A stretch of 64,000 bases of DNA from the human T2T-CHM13v2.0 reference genome, Homo sapiens: the NCBI RefSeq assembly GCF_009914755.1, contig NC_060928.1; one strand, written 5' to 3'. The position numbers and the translations under genes are program-made. Position 1 is the first letter of the stretch. Every line of letters begins with the position of its first letter. Below are positions 19,909-35,376 of this stretch, piece after piece. Below the pieces are notes generated by a model. It ran no database searches and was not told the DNA's origin. It saw nothing but the letters and a program-made list of their open reading frames with translations.

Positions 19909-20048
19909 CACTGGGCATGGTGGCTCACACTTGTAATGCCAGCACTTTGGGAGGCTGAGGCAGGAGGATTGCTTGAGCCTAGGAGTGTGGACCCACCCTG
20001 GGTAACACAGTGAGACCCTGTCTCAAAAAAAAAAAAAAAAAAAAAAAA
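19909..20048 (+). mobile_element. Alu monomer (FLAM-like) in L1
   Basis: TSD agacttgtacact. Confidence 0.8.
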
Positions 20049-20355
20049 GGATAGAAACAAACAAAAGACTTGTACACTAAAAACTATAAAACATTGCTGA
20101 AATAAATAAAGAACATGTAAATAGGAAAAACATCTTGTGTTCATGAATTGGATCATTTAATTTTGTTAAGAGAGCAATACTTCACTAAGTGATCTACAGA
20201 TTCAATGCAACACTTACTTATAAAAGTCCCAACAGTTTTTTTTGAAGAAATGGAAAAATTGATCCTAAAATTTATACAAAATTACAAGGGACCCTGATAG
20301 CCAAAATAATCTTGAAAAAGAAGAATAAAGTTAGAGGACTCACTCTTTCCAATTT

Positions 20356-20730
<375 letters not shown>

Positions 20731-21109
20731 TTAAAACTTACTACAAAGCTATGGTAATCAAGATGGTGCAGTACCAGCATAAGGGTAGACATGTAGACCA
20801 GTGAAATAGAATTGAGAATCTAGAAACAAACCCATACATCTATGGTCAATTGATTTATGATAAGGGTGCCAAGACTGCTCAATAGGGAAATAATGGTCTT
20901 CAACAAATTGTGCTGGGACAATGAAATATCAAAAAGAATGAAGTTGGACCCTTATATCACACAATAAGCAAAGATTAACTAAAAATGAATCAAAGATCTA
21001 ACTATAAACTATAAAATTCTTCAAATAAGACATAAGGGAAAATCTGCATGACCTTGGATTTGACAATGGATTCTCAGATGTGACACCAAAAGTACAAGAA
21101 ACAAAAAAA

Positions 21110-21688
<579 letters not shown>

Positions 21689-21993
21689 TCATTAGGGGAA
21701 TGCAAATCAAAACCACAGTGAGATACTATTTCATACTCACTAGGTTGGCTAAACTTTGTTTTAATGGAAAATTACAAGTGTAGGCAAGAATATGGAGAAA
21801 TTGGAACCCTTTATACCACTGATGGGAAGGTAAAATGGTGCAGCAGCTGTGAAAACCAGTTTGATATTTCCTTGAAAGTTAAACAGAATTACCATAGGCC
21901 CTAGCAATTGTATACTTCCATATATGTCCAAGAGAAATGAAAACAGGTGTTCATTATTCATAATAGCTATGAATAATGTGGAAAAAAAGTCAC

Positions 21994-22281
21994 TTTTTTT
22001 TTGTTTTTTGAGACAGAGTCTGGCTCTGTCACCCAGGCTGGAGTGCAGTGGCATGATCTCAGCTCACTGCAGCCTCCCGAGCTCAAGTGATCCTCCCACG
22101 TCAGCCCCCCAAGTAGCTGGGACAATAGGTGTATGACACCCCTTCTGGCTAATTTTGGCACTGTTTGTAGAGATGGGATCTCACTATGCCCGGCTGGTCT
22201 CAAACTCCTTGGCTCAAGTGATTCACCCCCTTTGGCTTCCCAAAGTACTAGGATTACAGGCATGAGCCACTGTGCCTGGCC
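21994..22281 (-). mobile_element. Alu (AluJ-like) in L1
   Basis: Diverged dimer. Confidence 0.88.
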
Positions 22282-22796
22282 AAATTACATATTTTTTGTA
22301 AAAAAAATTTTTTTTTACAAAAAGTGGAAACAATACAAATATTTATCAACTGCGGAACTGAGAAAATGTGGCGTGTCCATGCAGTGGATATTATTCACAC
22401 ATAACAAGAAATGAAATACTGATACCCACAACAATATTGATGAAACTTGAAAACGTGACACTAAATGAAAGAAGCTAGTCGTGAATGGCCACATATTGTA
22501 TGATTCTATTTATATGAAACATCCAGAATAGGCAAGTCCATTGAGACAGAAAGCAGATTCATGATTTCCAGGGGCTGGGAATAGAGGATATGGGGAGTGA
22601 CTGCTTACTGAGTTTGGTTTTTGGTGTTTTTGTTTGTTTTTGCAGGCAGGTGATGAAAACGGTCTTGAATTATGTAGTGATGATAGTTACACAACAGTGT
22701 GAATATAATAAAAACCACTGAATTGTATACTGTAAAATGATTACAATGGCAAATTTTATGTCATGTTAATTTTATCTCAATTAAAAAAATTAAGGG

Positions 22797-22930
22797 GCCA
22801 GGCGCAGTGGCTCATACCTGTAATCCCAGCACTTTGGGAGGCCGAGGTGGGTGAATTGCTTGAGCCTATGAGTTCTAGACCAGCGTGGGCAACATGGCAA
22901 AACCCCATCTCTACATAAAAAATAAATAAT
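22797..22930 (+). mobile_element. Alu left monomer (FLAM-like)
   Basis: ggccaggcgcagtggctc...ccccatctctac plus A-tail. Confidence 0.85.
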
Positions 22931-23801
22931 TAAAAAAGGGTAAAGTATCATGTTTCTTACTGATGGAGGAGATTGGAGGGGGTTGGAGGACTTAGCTTAT
23001 ATTGGAGAAAAACGAGCCTGCTAGATGAGGCCCCAAATTAAGCAGATTTACCCCATTCAGTCAGAACACTGGGCTTGAGCAGATTAGGAGAGGGAAAAAC
23101 AGAGGGGAACCCATCTACTGTTAGACTTCCCCCAAGAAGAAGAGGGACTTGCATAACCAAGAACGTCCAGTCATTCTCAAATTTTTCAATCAGATATGAA
23201 AGTCTATCACTCCAGGAGTGAAGAGAAAAAGGGGGCAGAAGAAGGGTCAGAGTTGTATTTATTGAACTCCTTACACTACCTATGAAAGGAAATGTCAGAA
23301 GGGATAGCATTTTCCTTGCTATAACAGAATCAGAAATATGCACTCAATATTGAAAATGAATATAATTTCCTTTGTTTTATATGACAGTTTACATCTTTGT
23401 TTTCCTGGATAGCCAGAATAATAGCAATACCTGGTATTGCCATTGAAGGTATCTAGGGCTCTTTTAGTCTATAATAATCTCTTTCAGATTAAAAAGTTTC
23501 CTTCCAGTAAATATTCAATCAATTTAGTTCACCTCCCTGCCAGAGCTCTTCCTCCCCTCTTGCTCCTTCTCCCCAAGATGGTGCTGTGTTTGCAGGGAGC
23601 TTAGATAGCATCGTGGCAGGAGGTGAGGAGCTCTGCATCTTCAGGCTGGTCCATGAGTCTTTGCTGGTTTCTGATGCACTGAGATGATTTAATCCAATTC
23701 CTGGGCGCTTTGGTCCTGGTGCCTTTCAATGAAGTCTATGGCCAGTGAAGCTGCAGCAAGTTTTCTTAGCTAGGCATGGGGAGTTTGGCCCCATCCTTCT
23801 A

Positions 23802-24153
23802 TTAGATTGGTACAAAAATAATTGCAGTTTTTGCCTTTGAAAGTATGAGCTTAAATCCTGATTCTGCCACTAACTAGCTGTGTAACCTTGGGCAACCTAC
23901 TTAAACGCTCTGTGCCTCAGATTCTTAGTCTGTAAAATGGAGTTAAGAATATTGTCAACTTATGGAGTTATTAAGAGGATTAAATAAGTCAATTCATGTA
24001 AATGCGTGGCACAGAGTTATGGACTGTCAGCTGCATAAAACTGCACCATATCTACCCAATTACCCAGGTGAGAAACTCAGGAGTCATTCTTCATCCACCC
24101 ATTTGCCTTTAAAAGTAATGGCAAAAACCACAACTAATTTTGCACCAACATAA
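23802..24153. mobile_element. MADE1 (Hsmar1-family mariner MITE) split by a 256-bp captured insert
   Basis: Left TIR TTAGATTGGTACAAAAATAATTGCAGTTTTTGCC preceded by TA; right TIR GGCAAAAACCACAACTAATTTTGCACCAACATAA. Confidence 0.88.
23846..24101 (+). repeat. Dispersed direct duplicate of 25733-25990 (MIR/L2 junction fragment)
   Basis: Long identical blocks such as tagtctgtaaaatggagttaagaatattgtcaact and acccaattacccaggtgagaaactcaggagtcattcttcatccacc; ~90% identity by manual alignment. Confidence 0.95.
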
Positions 24154-25377
24154 GAGATTACCAGGGCATTTGGTGGTGTTGGAACTGCAGACCTTTGGTG
24201 TCTGTCACATCCTCCACCAGGCCCCTGCCTTGGGTGTCCATGGCAACCTATGCTGTGGGTCACCCTGGTTACCATTCCTTCCCCTCTGGGTTGGGTGTTG
24301 TGGGGAGAGGGGCAGAGAGCACGTGGGAACACATCATGATAAGGCTTTGGAGATCCAGGAACCAGCAGCACCATCTCAGGAGCACATCTATCCAGCCACC
24401 TGCCTTCAACACATCATTCTGCCTCTCTGGGCCATATTACATGAGAGGAACATTGCACTGGCTGTAATGTTCTTTGACTCTTCTTGAACGAAGGGTATTA
24501 GATGATCTCATCCTGTTGCTCTGCACCGACACATTTAAAAAATCCACTCTCATCCACTAGTCAAGTTTTTTTGACTCTGGACCAGAACTTTTGTCACTGA
24601 CTACCTGTCCTTTTTCCTATATTTTGCCTTTTCTTCCTTTCTTCCTGTTAGAGGGGCATGTCTCTTTAGTCATATCCTGGCTTCTCTGTGTGTGTGTGCA
24701 CAAACACGTGTGTGATATTAAAAATATTTAACTACCGGTATGACACAGAATCCACCAATCAGAATAGATGCTGATCAGTCAGCCTAGCTGTTGGCTGATA
24801 CCCATATGCTGTCTACTGACCAATCGTGAGAATGTTCAACAGTCTGAGTTGACAGGACTGGCCCTTGAAAAGGGAACTTTTCAATTTCAAAATTGAAATT
24901 TCAAAAATTTCACAATGCAGAAATTCCTTTTCTCCTTAGATAAGACCTGAGTCTCAGGACTATTGTCTCACTATGGACTGAACAGAAACTGACTTGATGG
25001 TCAATGCTGAGGGCTGACGGACATCTGGCTGGCAGCCACCCTTCCCTGAATCCCACTGATGTCATGTGTGAGGAGTCTCAGAGCACCATGATTTAAGGCA
25101 AATGAAAAATACATCCATTTATATTTTCCAAAAGTAATATACTGTCTTATGGTAAAATGAGTCCTACTTTAAAATTCATAGTTTTACTCCACCTCCTTAT
25201 ATCCAACTACCTTCTAGACTTTGCCTGGATCTTCCACAGGCGTCTCAAGCTCAACATGTCTCAATATGTCCCAGTATGACTGGACTTGTCATATGCTCAA
25301 CCAAATTTGCCATTCTGTCTGTACTCCCCATTTAAGTAAATCGCAATCCAGTGGTGGGGTTTAAGAGATGAATTCTG

Positions 25378-25709
<332 letters not shown>

Positions 25710-26200
25710 ACGAATTCTGTAGTCAGACTGTATGAGTCTAAATCCTGATTCTTCCACTTAAACTAGCTGTGTAACCTTGTGTAACCTACTGAAACTCTCT
25801 GTGCCTCAGGTTCCTAGTCTGTAAAATGGAGTTAAGAATATTGTCAACTCATGGAGTTGTTAAGAGGATTAAATGGATCAATTCACGTAAACTGCCCAGC
25901 GCAGAGTTATGGACTGTCAGCTCCATAAAACTGCACCATATCCACCCAATTACCCAGGTGAGAAACTCAGGAGTCATTCTTCATCCACCTCCCTTTGCGC
26001 TATCACTTACTAGTCACCGGCACTGATCGACTTTAACTTAGCACCTCTTGAGTCCATTTCCTGTCCGTTTGCTATCACCTTAGCCCAGCCCACCATCATT
26101 TCTCACCTGCTTTCTGCAACAGCCTCCTAACTGGTCCCCCTCCCTTCAGCATTTTTCCCCTCCAGTCTAGTCTCATGCTCTGGCCAGAACACTCTCTCTA

Positions 26201-26690
<490 letters not shown>

Positions 26691-27061
26691 TTATTTTATG
26701 TTCTTTACAGATCCATTGCTCCCTTTATCAAGATTCCTTCTGCCCTGTCTGAGCCTTCAGAACTCAACTGAGATGTCCCCGATCCAGGAGCAGCTCCCTG
26801 AACCCCAAGTCTGGGGTTAAGTATCGCTTCTCTGTGCTACCCAAGCATCAGGATTTATCTCTGTCCTAACACTTCTCCCACTAGTTTATCACGATCTTTT
26901 AACTTGTCTGTGTTCTCACTAGACCAGTACCTTCTTGAGGACAGGACTTTTAGTTCTCTATCTTCAATGCCTAGCCCAAGTGTATATATAGTAGGTGCTC
27001 AATAAATACTTGATGAATAAGTGGGAGTTTGTTGGGTGGACACTCCTAGAGGGAAGGGAGC

Positions 27062-27360
27062 TTTTTTTTTTTTTTTTTCGAGATGGAGTCTCACTCTGTC
27101 GCCCAGGCTGGAGTGCAGTGGCCAGATCTCAGCTTACTGCAAGTTCTGCCTCCCAGGTTCATGACTTTCTCCTGCCTCAGCTTCCAGAGTAGTTGGGACT
27201 GTAGGTGCCCGCCACCACGCCTGGCTAATTTTTTGTATTTTTAGTAGAGACGGGGTTTCACAGTGTTAGCCAGGATGGTCTCGATCTCCTGACCTCATGA
27301 TCTGCCCGCCTTGGCCTCCCAAAGTGCTGGGATTATAGGCGTGAGCCACCGCGCTCGGCC
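27062..27360 (-). mobile_element. Alu (AluY-like)
   Basis: gtgttagccaggatggtctcgatctcc; TSD gggaagggagcttttt. Confidence 0.92.
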
Positions 27361-27743
27361 GGGAAGGGAGCTTTTTAAAGGAACTGCAAATATTAATATT
27401 TCGGAATAATGGGAGAGAATGGTAAGCAGGTGAAAGACAAAATCAAAGTTTTCAGTAACCAGGACAGGCACTGGTCAGTCAGAGGAACATGGGCAGTAAG
27501 TGACCAAAATGGACATACCAGTGCATAGTGGATATCCGTTCTGCCCATATGCAACTGGCAGGATATAATTCTGAAGACGTGCACAGAGGCCAGTTTATAA
27601 AGGGCCTTGTGTGTTTTAAGCTGGACTTGGTACAGTCAGCAGTGGGATACTTCTAAAGATATGTGACATAAGTGACACTCAGATTTGGTTTTAGGAAGAT
27701 CACTGTGGCCCCAGTGTGGAAGGCAAATGAAAGAGAAGCAAGA

Positions 27744-28037
27744 GGCCGGGCGCAGTGGCTCGCGCCTGTAATCCCAGCACTTTGGGAGGCTGAGGTGGGT
27801 AGATCACGAGGTCAGGAGTCCGAGACCAGCCTGGCCAACACAGTGAAACTCTGTCTCTACTAAAAATGCAAAAAATTAGCCGGCCGTGGTGGCGCAGGCT
27901 TATAGTCCCAGCTGCTTGTGAGGCTGAGGCAGGAGAATTGCTGGAACCCGGGAGGCAGATGTTGCAGTGAGCGGAGAGTGTACTGCACTCCAGCCTGGGA
28001 GACAAAGCAAGACTGTCTCAAAAAAAAAAAAAAAAAA
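27744..28037 (+). mobile_element. Alu
   Basis: Full dimer. Confidence 0.92.
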
Positions 28038-28630
28038 TTGAATTTTGAGTATCATTGTATCTTGAGCAAGTAACTTATCCTTTTTAGGCCTCAATTTCTC
28101 CCTTGATAAAATGGAGATCATGTTCACCATTTTGTCTTTAGGCCCCATCACAAAGCCTGGCACATAAATGCTCGAAAAACAAAACATTTGTTAAATGAAT
28201 GGGAAGGGGAGAATGTCATCTGTAACTATCTTACAGGATTGTCATGAAGATCAGGGAGATAGAGTTTTAGAAAGGCTTCTGTGGCCAGTGAAATGCTATT
28301 CAAGGATTAGCTGATTATCCTTGATTGGCATGTCTTTCCAGCATTTTATATCGTATATCTTTTATTTGAGACACTAGTTGTTAAAATTATTCATTGAACT
28401 GTCCAGAGGGTCTAATTATTTGGCCCCTCGGCAACTCAGAAGGCTTGGGCTAGCCTCCCTAGATCGGGCTGCTTTTGTGGTACAGTGTCCTGGAGCTGGT
28501 GGAGAACCTCCTGACTCTTGAAGTTATTCTCTTTATTTGACTGGCTATGGCCTTAACTTCCAAAGTTAGGGCTTTCTTCCTTAGCTTCGTTGACAAGGGA
28601 TTTGTTCAATGAAAACCACATAACTCAGGA

Positions 28631-28938
28631 GGCCAGGCACAGTGTCTCATGCCTGTAATCCCAGCACTTTGGTAGGATGAGATGGGAGGATCGCTTGAGC
28701 ACAGGAATTCGAGACCATCTTGAGCAACATGGCGAAACCCCATCTCTACAAAAAATACAAAAAATTAGCTGGATGTGGTGGCACATGCCTGTAGTGCCAG
28801 CTACTCAGGAGGCTGAGGTGGAAAGATCACCTGAGCCTGGGAAATCGAGGCTGCAGTGAGCAGGGATTGCGCCACTGCACTCCAGCCCGGGTGACAGAGC
28901 AAGACCCTGTCTCAAAACAAACAAACAAAAGACAAAAA
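28631..28938 (+). mobile_element. Alu (AluJ-like)
   Basis: TSD ccacataactca. Confidence 0.9.
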
Positions 28939-30540
28939 GCCCCACATAACTCACCTCCTTGGGAATGAATTTGTTTATTTCTTCCCTTTCTGAGAGCAAC
29001 ATTTGATAAAAGACATGCTAGAATGTAAGAGGCTTGGAGGCCACCAGGAAAAAAAAATGTAGAAAGGTGACCCTATAAGACCTTCAGACTCCAGAAAGTT
29101 TTGCATCTATATTCTGCAATGTGTGTAATTTTTAAACTTTCCTTTCCACTTGCTCCAATGTCCTTTAAGATAAAGTGACTCTATTAGGAGATCGGTGTGA
29201 CTTCTAGAACAAACAAATGACTCTACATCCTTACAAAATGGGTGATCTATAATCCCTCCAACCCCAGCCCCAGCTCTAGAGTTAGATATTCCAGGTTCAG
29301 ATCTACACTGTTTCACTTACCAGCGACATGGTCTCGGGAGAAGTTATGAAACCTCCTTCTGCCTCCTTGCTTTTTATCTGTAAAATGGGGGTATTAAGAG
29401 TAGCAAGCTCAAGTGTGAAAACATGATGCATGCAAAACTAATCTATGCTGTAGATTTGACTGTTTCCCTTGTTGAGGTGGTCACTGGAAAGGGCCATGCA
29501 AAACCTTCTGGAATGCTGGTCATGTTACTCCTCTGGATGTTGGTTACATGGATGTGCTCAGTTTGTGAAAATTCATCAAGCTCTCTATGGTATGTACACT
29601 ACTGTATCTATGTTACTCTTTTAATAAAAAGTTTAAAAAATATCCACGTAAAGTACTTGACCATTGGCATATATGGTAAGTTACTGTCAGCCATTATTCT
29701 TATCTCCTGCTGAATGATCATCATCTAAGACTTTAACATTATTCCCAAACACAAGGAAAATGAGGAACCAAAAAAAGACATGCTCGCCGAAGGCAGGCTT
29801 GACTGAGCACTCAGTGGCACGGCTGTTTGCACTAAAGCGTTGGGTAATTTCTAAGTAGATTATTTTGGCTGTTGTCTCTTATGCACAAGAGATTCCCTCT
29901 ATAAATGCTAGAGCACATTTAGAATCAGTTGCATTTCCAGAATTTCTCTCCTTAGGGGAGTGTCTTATTTGGAAAGGGGACATTAGGGGTTTATTGGGAA
30001 GCTGAGTCTGCATAGTACTCTATATAAGATTGAGAAAGGGTCAAATGGCCAAATTTGAATGGGGGTGGAGGTGTGAGGGTGGTGAGGTCGATGGAAGTAA
30101 AACTATCTCATGGTGCTGTCAGTTTGGAATAAAGGTCGTGAAAAAGGAGCGGAAAAATCCCAGCAAAACCAAACTGGCATGGCCCAGTGTTATCACAATA
30201 CCATTAAGTGCAAATGTTTTGACCCAGCACACCCCCAAGCAAGGTCATCTCAGAAAAAACTGGGCTTCAGTGACATCTCTTAGCTGCCTTAGAATGACTA
30301 AGGTTATTTAAACCTCATGGTTGGTTAATCATTAATGAAGATTTTTGACAAACAAAGTAGAACAAGCCAAGAAAGAAGGGTGGCTAAAAATTAGCCTAGG
30401 AAAGGTCGTATTTCTTGCATATGCAGGGATTAGTGTTGCTTTTGTTTCTGGTAACTGTGCAGAATGGAGTTTCAAGGAAATATGATCCTGTTGGGGAAGC
30501 CAATGTGTCTCTGAAGATTTTACTTAGGATTCTCCTCCAC

Positions 30541-30900
30541 TGTATTAGTCCATTCTCATGCTACTAATAGAGACATATGCGTGACTGGGTAATTTATAAA
30601 GGAAAGAGATTCAATGGACTCACAGCTCCATATGGCCAGGGAGGCCTCACAATCATGGCAGAAGGTGAAGGAGGAGCAAAGGCATGTCTTACATGGCAGC
30701 AGGCAGGGCAGCATGTGCAGGGGAACTGCCTTTTATAAAACCATCAGATCTCATGAGACTTACTATTGTGAGAACAGCACGGGAAAAACCTGCCTCCATG
30801 ATTCAATTACCTCCCACCAGGTCCCTCCCATGACACATAGGGATTATGGGAGCTACAATTCAAGACGAGATTTGGGTGGGGACACAGCCAAACCATATCA
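30541..30900 (-). mobile_element. THE1-type solo LTR (360 bp)
   Basis: tgtattagtcc...ccaaaccatatca termini; perfect 5-bp TSD TCCAC at 30536-30540 and 30901-30905. Confidence 0.92.
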
Positions 30901-31855
30901 TCCACCCTCAGTCATCTGGAGGACTATAGGCCTCCATCACCTTTGCTGAGAAGCCTGCATTCCTGTCCCATGGGGGGTTTACATAGGAACAGTGGGGACA
31001 CCCACATGCAGCTGCTGTATGACCCAAGAGGAAAGGGTGAAGGTCCCAGAGGCTGGAACCTGGACCTGCACAAGAAACAGGTGGGCAGCCCTAAAAGCTT
31101 TGATTGCTGCTATAAACTCCTGGACAAGCTCAGAGTTGGGAGGCATCCCCCCTGGGGCCAGGAAGGCAGCAGGAAGGGAGTTTTTCACTAGGGGCAGCTC
31201 TAGCTTCAGCAGTGTAGATAAATGCAGGGCTCCACCATTTCCTGAAAGTCCTAAGAAGGAATGAATGATTGAGGGTTCTTTCTCTGTGATTACTGGCTCC
31301 CCTAGCTTCCTTGTCATAGGGACCAAATCTCTTCCTCCCACAGTTAACACAGGGCCATGAACCCTATTTAATGTTGAACAGTGCAAAGGTTGGATTTCTT
31401 CACACTTTCTCCTCCTTTAAGGCAGCCACCCTGAACTGATTTCATGGACTTGATGATACCGTGTTCTTTCCTCCGGGCCCAGGCATTTCCCGATCCCTTT
31501 TCCCCCTACTCATCTGCCTAACTCCTATTCATCTTGTAGATCTCTGGCTCGAGCCTGGGTGTGTGCCCCTTCCATAAAACAGTCTTATCATGCCTGGGAG
31601 TTTCCAGAAGGCAGAGGGTCAATTTTGTTGATTTATTTCTCTGGTGAATCCTGCATAGTTGGTACTCCAGCAATGAATGTTTATGGAATAAACAGGTGAA
31701 TAAAAGAATAAAAAATTTCAGTGAATGAAAGAGTTAAAAAAATCATAAAAGGATTTAAAATGGAAAGGCTTGATAGAATTAACAAAGAGGAATGCAGTCA
31801 CACTAGAGTTTAAAAAGGAGATGGGAAAGGAAATAACTGTCTATAACTCGTCTCA

Positions 31856-32156
<301 letters not shown>

Positions 32157-32169
32157 AACTCATCTCATT

Positions 32170-32330
32170 TTTATAATAACCTTATGAGGTCAGGATTATT
32201 ATCCCTATTTTACCAGTTAAGAAACTGGTACTGAGAGGTAAGGCATCTTCTTCAAAGTCTCATGACTTGCAAGTAGCAAAGCTGGGGTTTCACCCCTAGG
32301 CATTCTGACCACAAACCCAGCCTATTTTAG
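32170..32330 (-). mobile_element. MIR
   Basis: aaccttatgaggt...attatccctattttac...gaaactggtactgagagg. Confidence 0.65.
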
Positions 32331-32746
32331 TAGGCCATGGCACTTGCTCATACAGGTTAGCATTTGGGTAATCACATTTGTCCCCTAAATTTATTGGCAT
32401 GAAGAGTTAGAAACAGGAATGCTGGGTACTAGTAAGTGAAAAGAGGAGACAGGAGAAAAGGCTGTACCCAGTCCAATAGCTTAGACCTTGGAATTGATGT
32501 AAAACATTTTGTGGATGTCCCCTGAGTCTCTTTCTATATTTAAACCTAATCCTCCCTTTGACCTTGGGGGTTCAGAAATGGTGAATGTGTCAAGGAAAAG
32601 GTAGGATAAGGTCAGAACATCTGTATCATCCTACCCAGTAGCTGAAGATGGATTTTGTTTTTAGGGTCATGGTGTCAAAACGTTATTTCATCTAAACAGC
32701 CATGCCAAAATGTCACACTTCCTATGACTTAAAAAATCAAATCCAA

Positions 32747-33078
<332 letters not shown>

Positions 33079-33273
33079 TCAAATACAAAGCCTCAGTGCC
33101 CAGAAGGCTTTATAATAAAGAAATCATATAAAAATTGAATATACAAGAAAAATCAGGTTATGTTTTCTAACTCTTCTTTCAATTAAGTTCTTTGCATGTT
33201 GTCATGACAGACATTTTTGGAATCAAAAAAATGGGGCATTTAGAACCTGGGACAAGGAGTCTTGAGTGTAGAC

Positions 33274-33570
33274 TTTTTTTTTTTTTTTTTTTTTTTTAAG
33301 ACAAGGTCTCACTCTGTCACCCAGGCTGGAGTGCAGTGGCATGATATTGGCTCACTGCAACCACTGCCCTCCTGGGTTCAACTGATTCTCCTGCCTCAGC
33401 CTCCTGAGTAGCTGGGACTACAGGTGCCACCACCATGCCCAGCTAATTTTTATATTTTTGGTAGAGATGGGGTTTCACCATGTTGGTCTTGAACTCCTGA
33501 CCTCAAGTGATCCACCTGCCTTGGCCTCTTAAAATGCTGGGATTACAGGCGGCAGCCACTGCGCTTGGCC
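33274..33570 (-). mobile_element. Alu
   Basis: TSD ttgagt(g/a)taga. Confidence 0.9.
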
Positions 33571-34475
33571 TTGAGTATAGATTTGAGTCCTATTACCAGC
33601 TGTGTGATCTTGACCAGTCACATATCTTTATCTGTCCTGCCTGTTTCGCTGAGTTCTTGACAGGTCCATCTGAGGTTATGGAAGCCTAACAGCCCAGTGA
33701 ATCACATGATCATAGTCATTCTCCTCATGTGACACGCTATTGGCCTCCTCATTTTGATTGTTAATTCTTTTTCTAAAGAGATCAGTCTAACCTGAATGTG
33801 ATCCTGCAACTTGAAGACCTTTTGTACTTATTTGCTAGAACAAGAAGATCAGCAGCTCTTGTTGCCCCTAAAAACACTGCCTAATAAGCTGTCATCTTGG
33901 GAAGTTTCCCAGTCTGTTCAGCCTCTAAAAAGGCCTTTATCCATTTAAGAGGAAGCAGGAAGTTAGAATTCCAAGAAATGCAGGTTGGGAGGCCACAGTC
34001 CAGGTTCAAATCTAAGAAGGTAAAATTCTTAATCACTGGCAAATCCAAGTGGAACTTTATTCTATTGACAATCCACCACCTTCCCTCCTGTCATCTGATT
34101 GGCTTTGATGATAGATACTGTCTGAAGTTAGTGATGATCTCTAGAGAAAAGGAAAGTGTCCTGTTAACCTTGCTATGCACGGTGAAAAGGAGAAACGAGA
34201 AGGTTTTGGTTTCAAATGCAATGACCAACATCAAGGTCATCCCAGCACTTTCATTAGACCATCAGAAAACTCAATGTACATCAACTCTCTCCATTTAAAA
34301 TTCTGCGTGTAAAGCCTTTGGGATTATAAATAAACTTTGGCACTGAGGGTGGTGACAGGCTTTGTCACATCCTATTCCAATCCAGATTTGAGTATTATTT
34401 GAGTGTTCAATCTCCTACCACTTGAGCCAAAGTTTGAGGATACTCATAATTCACAATTCAGCTATGTAACCCATC

Positions 34476-34772
<297 letters not shown>

Positions 34773-34899
34773 GATGTAACCCATCTTCAATGGTAGTCCC
34801 AAGACAAACACATGACCGTTAACTTGCTGATTTCTCCAACGGAAAATATCGAATTAGCCAATCCTTTCTATGCTGTAAGGGTTTTCCTAATTTTTTTAG

Positions 34900-34985
34900 A
34901 AAAAATAAATCAGTATAAAGAAAACACAATTTAAAATAAGGTCTTGCGATTGCTTTAAAGAAAGCTTTATTTACTACATACATCC
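34900..34985 (-). terminator. RBM47 distal polyadenylation site
   Basis: Minus strand: TGTATGTA (two CFIm UGUA) just upstream of AATAAA at 34971-34966; U/GU-rich downstream element (ttgtgttttcttt) around 34932-34918. Confidence 0.8.
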
Positions 34986-35324
34986 TAAGAATGTACTGTA
35001 AATGGAGCAAGATCTAAATAAAAGCTTTTCAAATATAAAGCAGCTAAAGTTAACTAAACCACTAGCAATGTTTGAAAACAGAACTCTAAAACTTTTTTTT
35101 TACATTTATATAGTTTGTTCTTAACACTAAAAAAAAAAAAAGTTCACATTTCAAGTTATAAACTTACCTCAGTAGTGTACATGAAATGGTTTTGAAACAA
35201 TAGGAACAGATAAGTCCCAGATAGGAGGCTCACTGATACTTAATTGGCCATGTCACCAATGTTTGTTTTTAAGGGAGTTTGGTGGTTGCCATGTTATCAT
35301 TTTTTTTTATTCTTTCTTTCTTTT

Positions 35325-35376
<52 letters not shown>

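Noticed and set aside
23560-24600. Unique-looking sequence around the MADE1 as a possible processed pseudogene or retroviral relic
   Set aside because: Manual translation of part of it gave stop-interrupted frames with no recognisable protein and no poly(A)/TSD. A Dfam or tBLASTx search would be needed.
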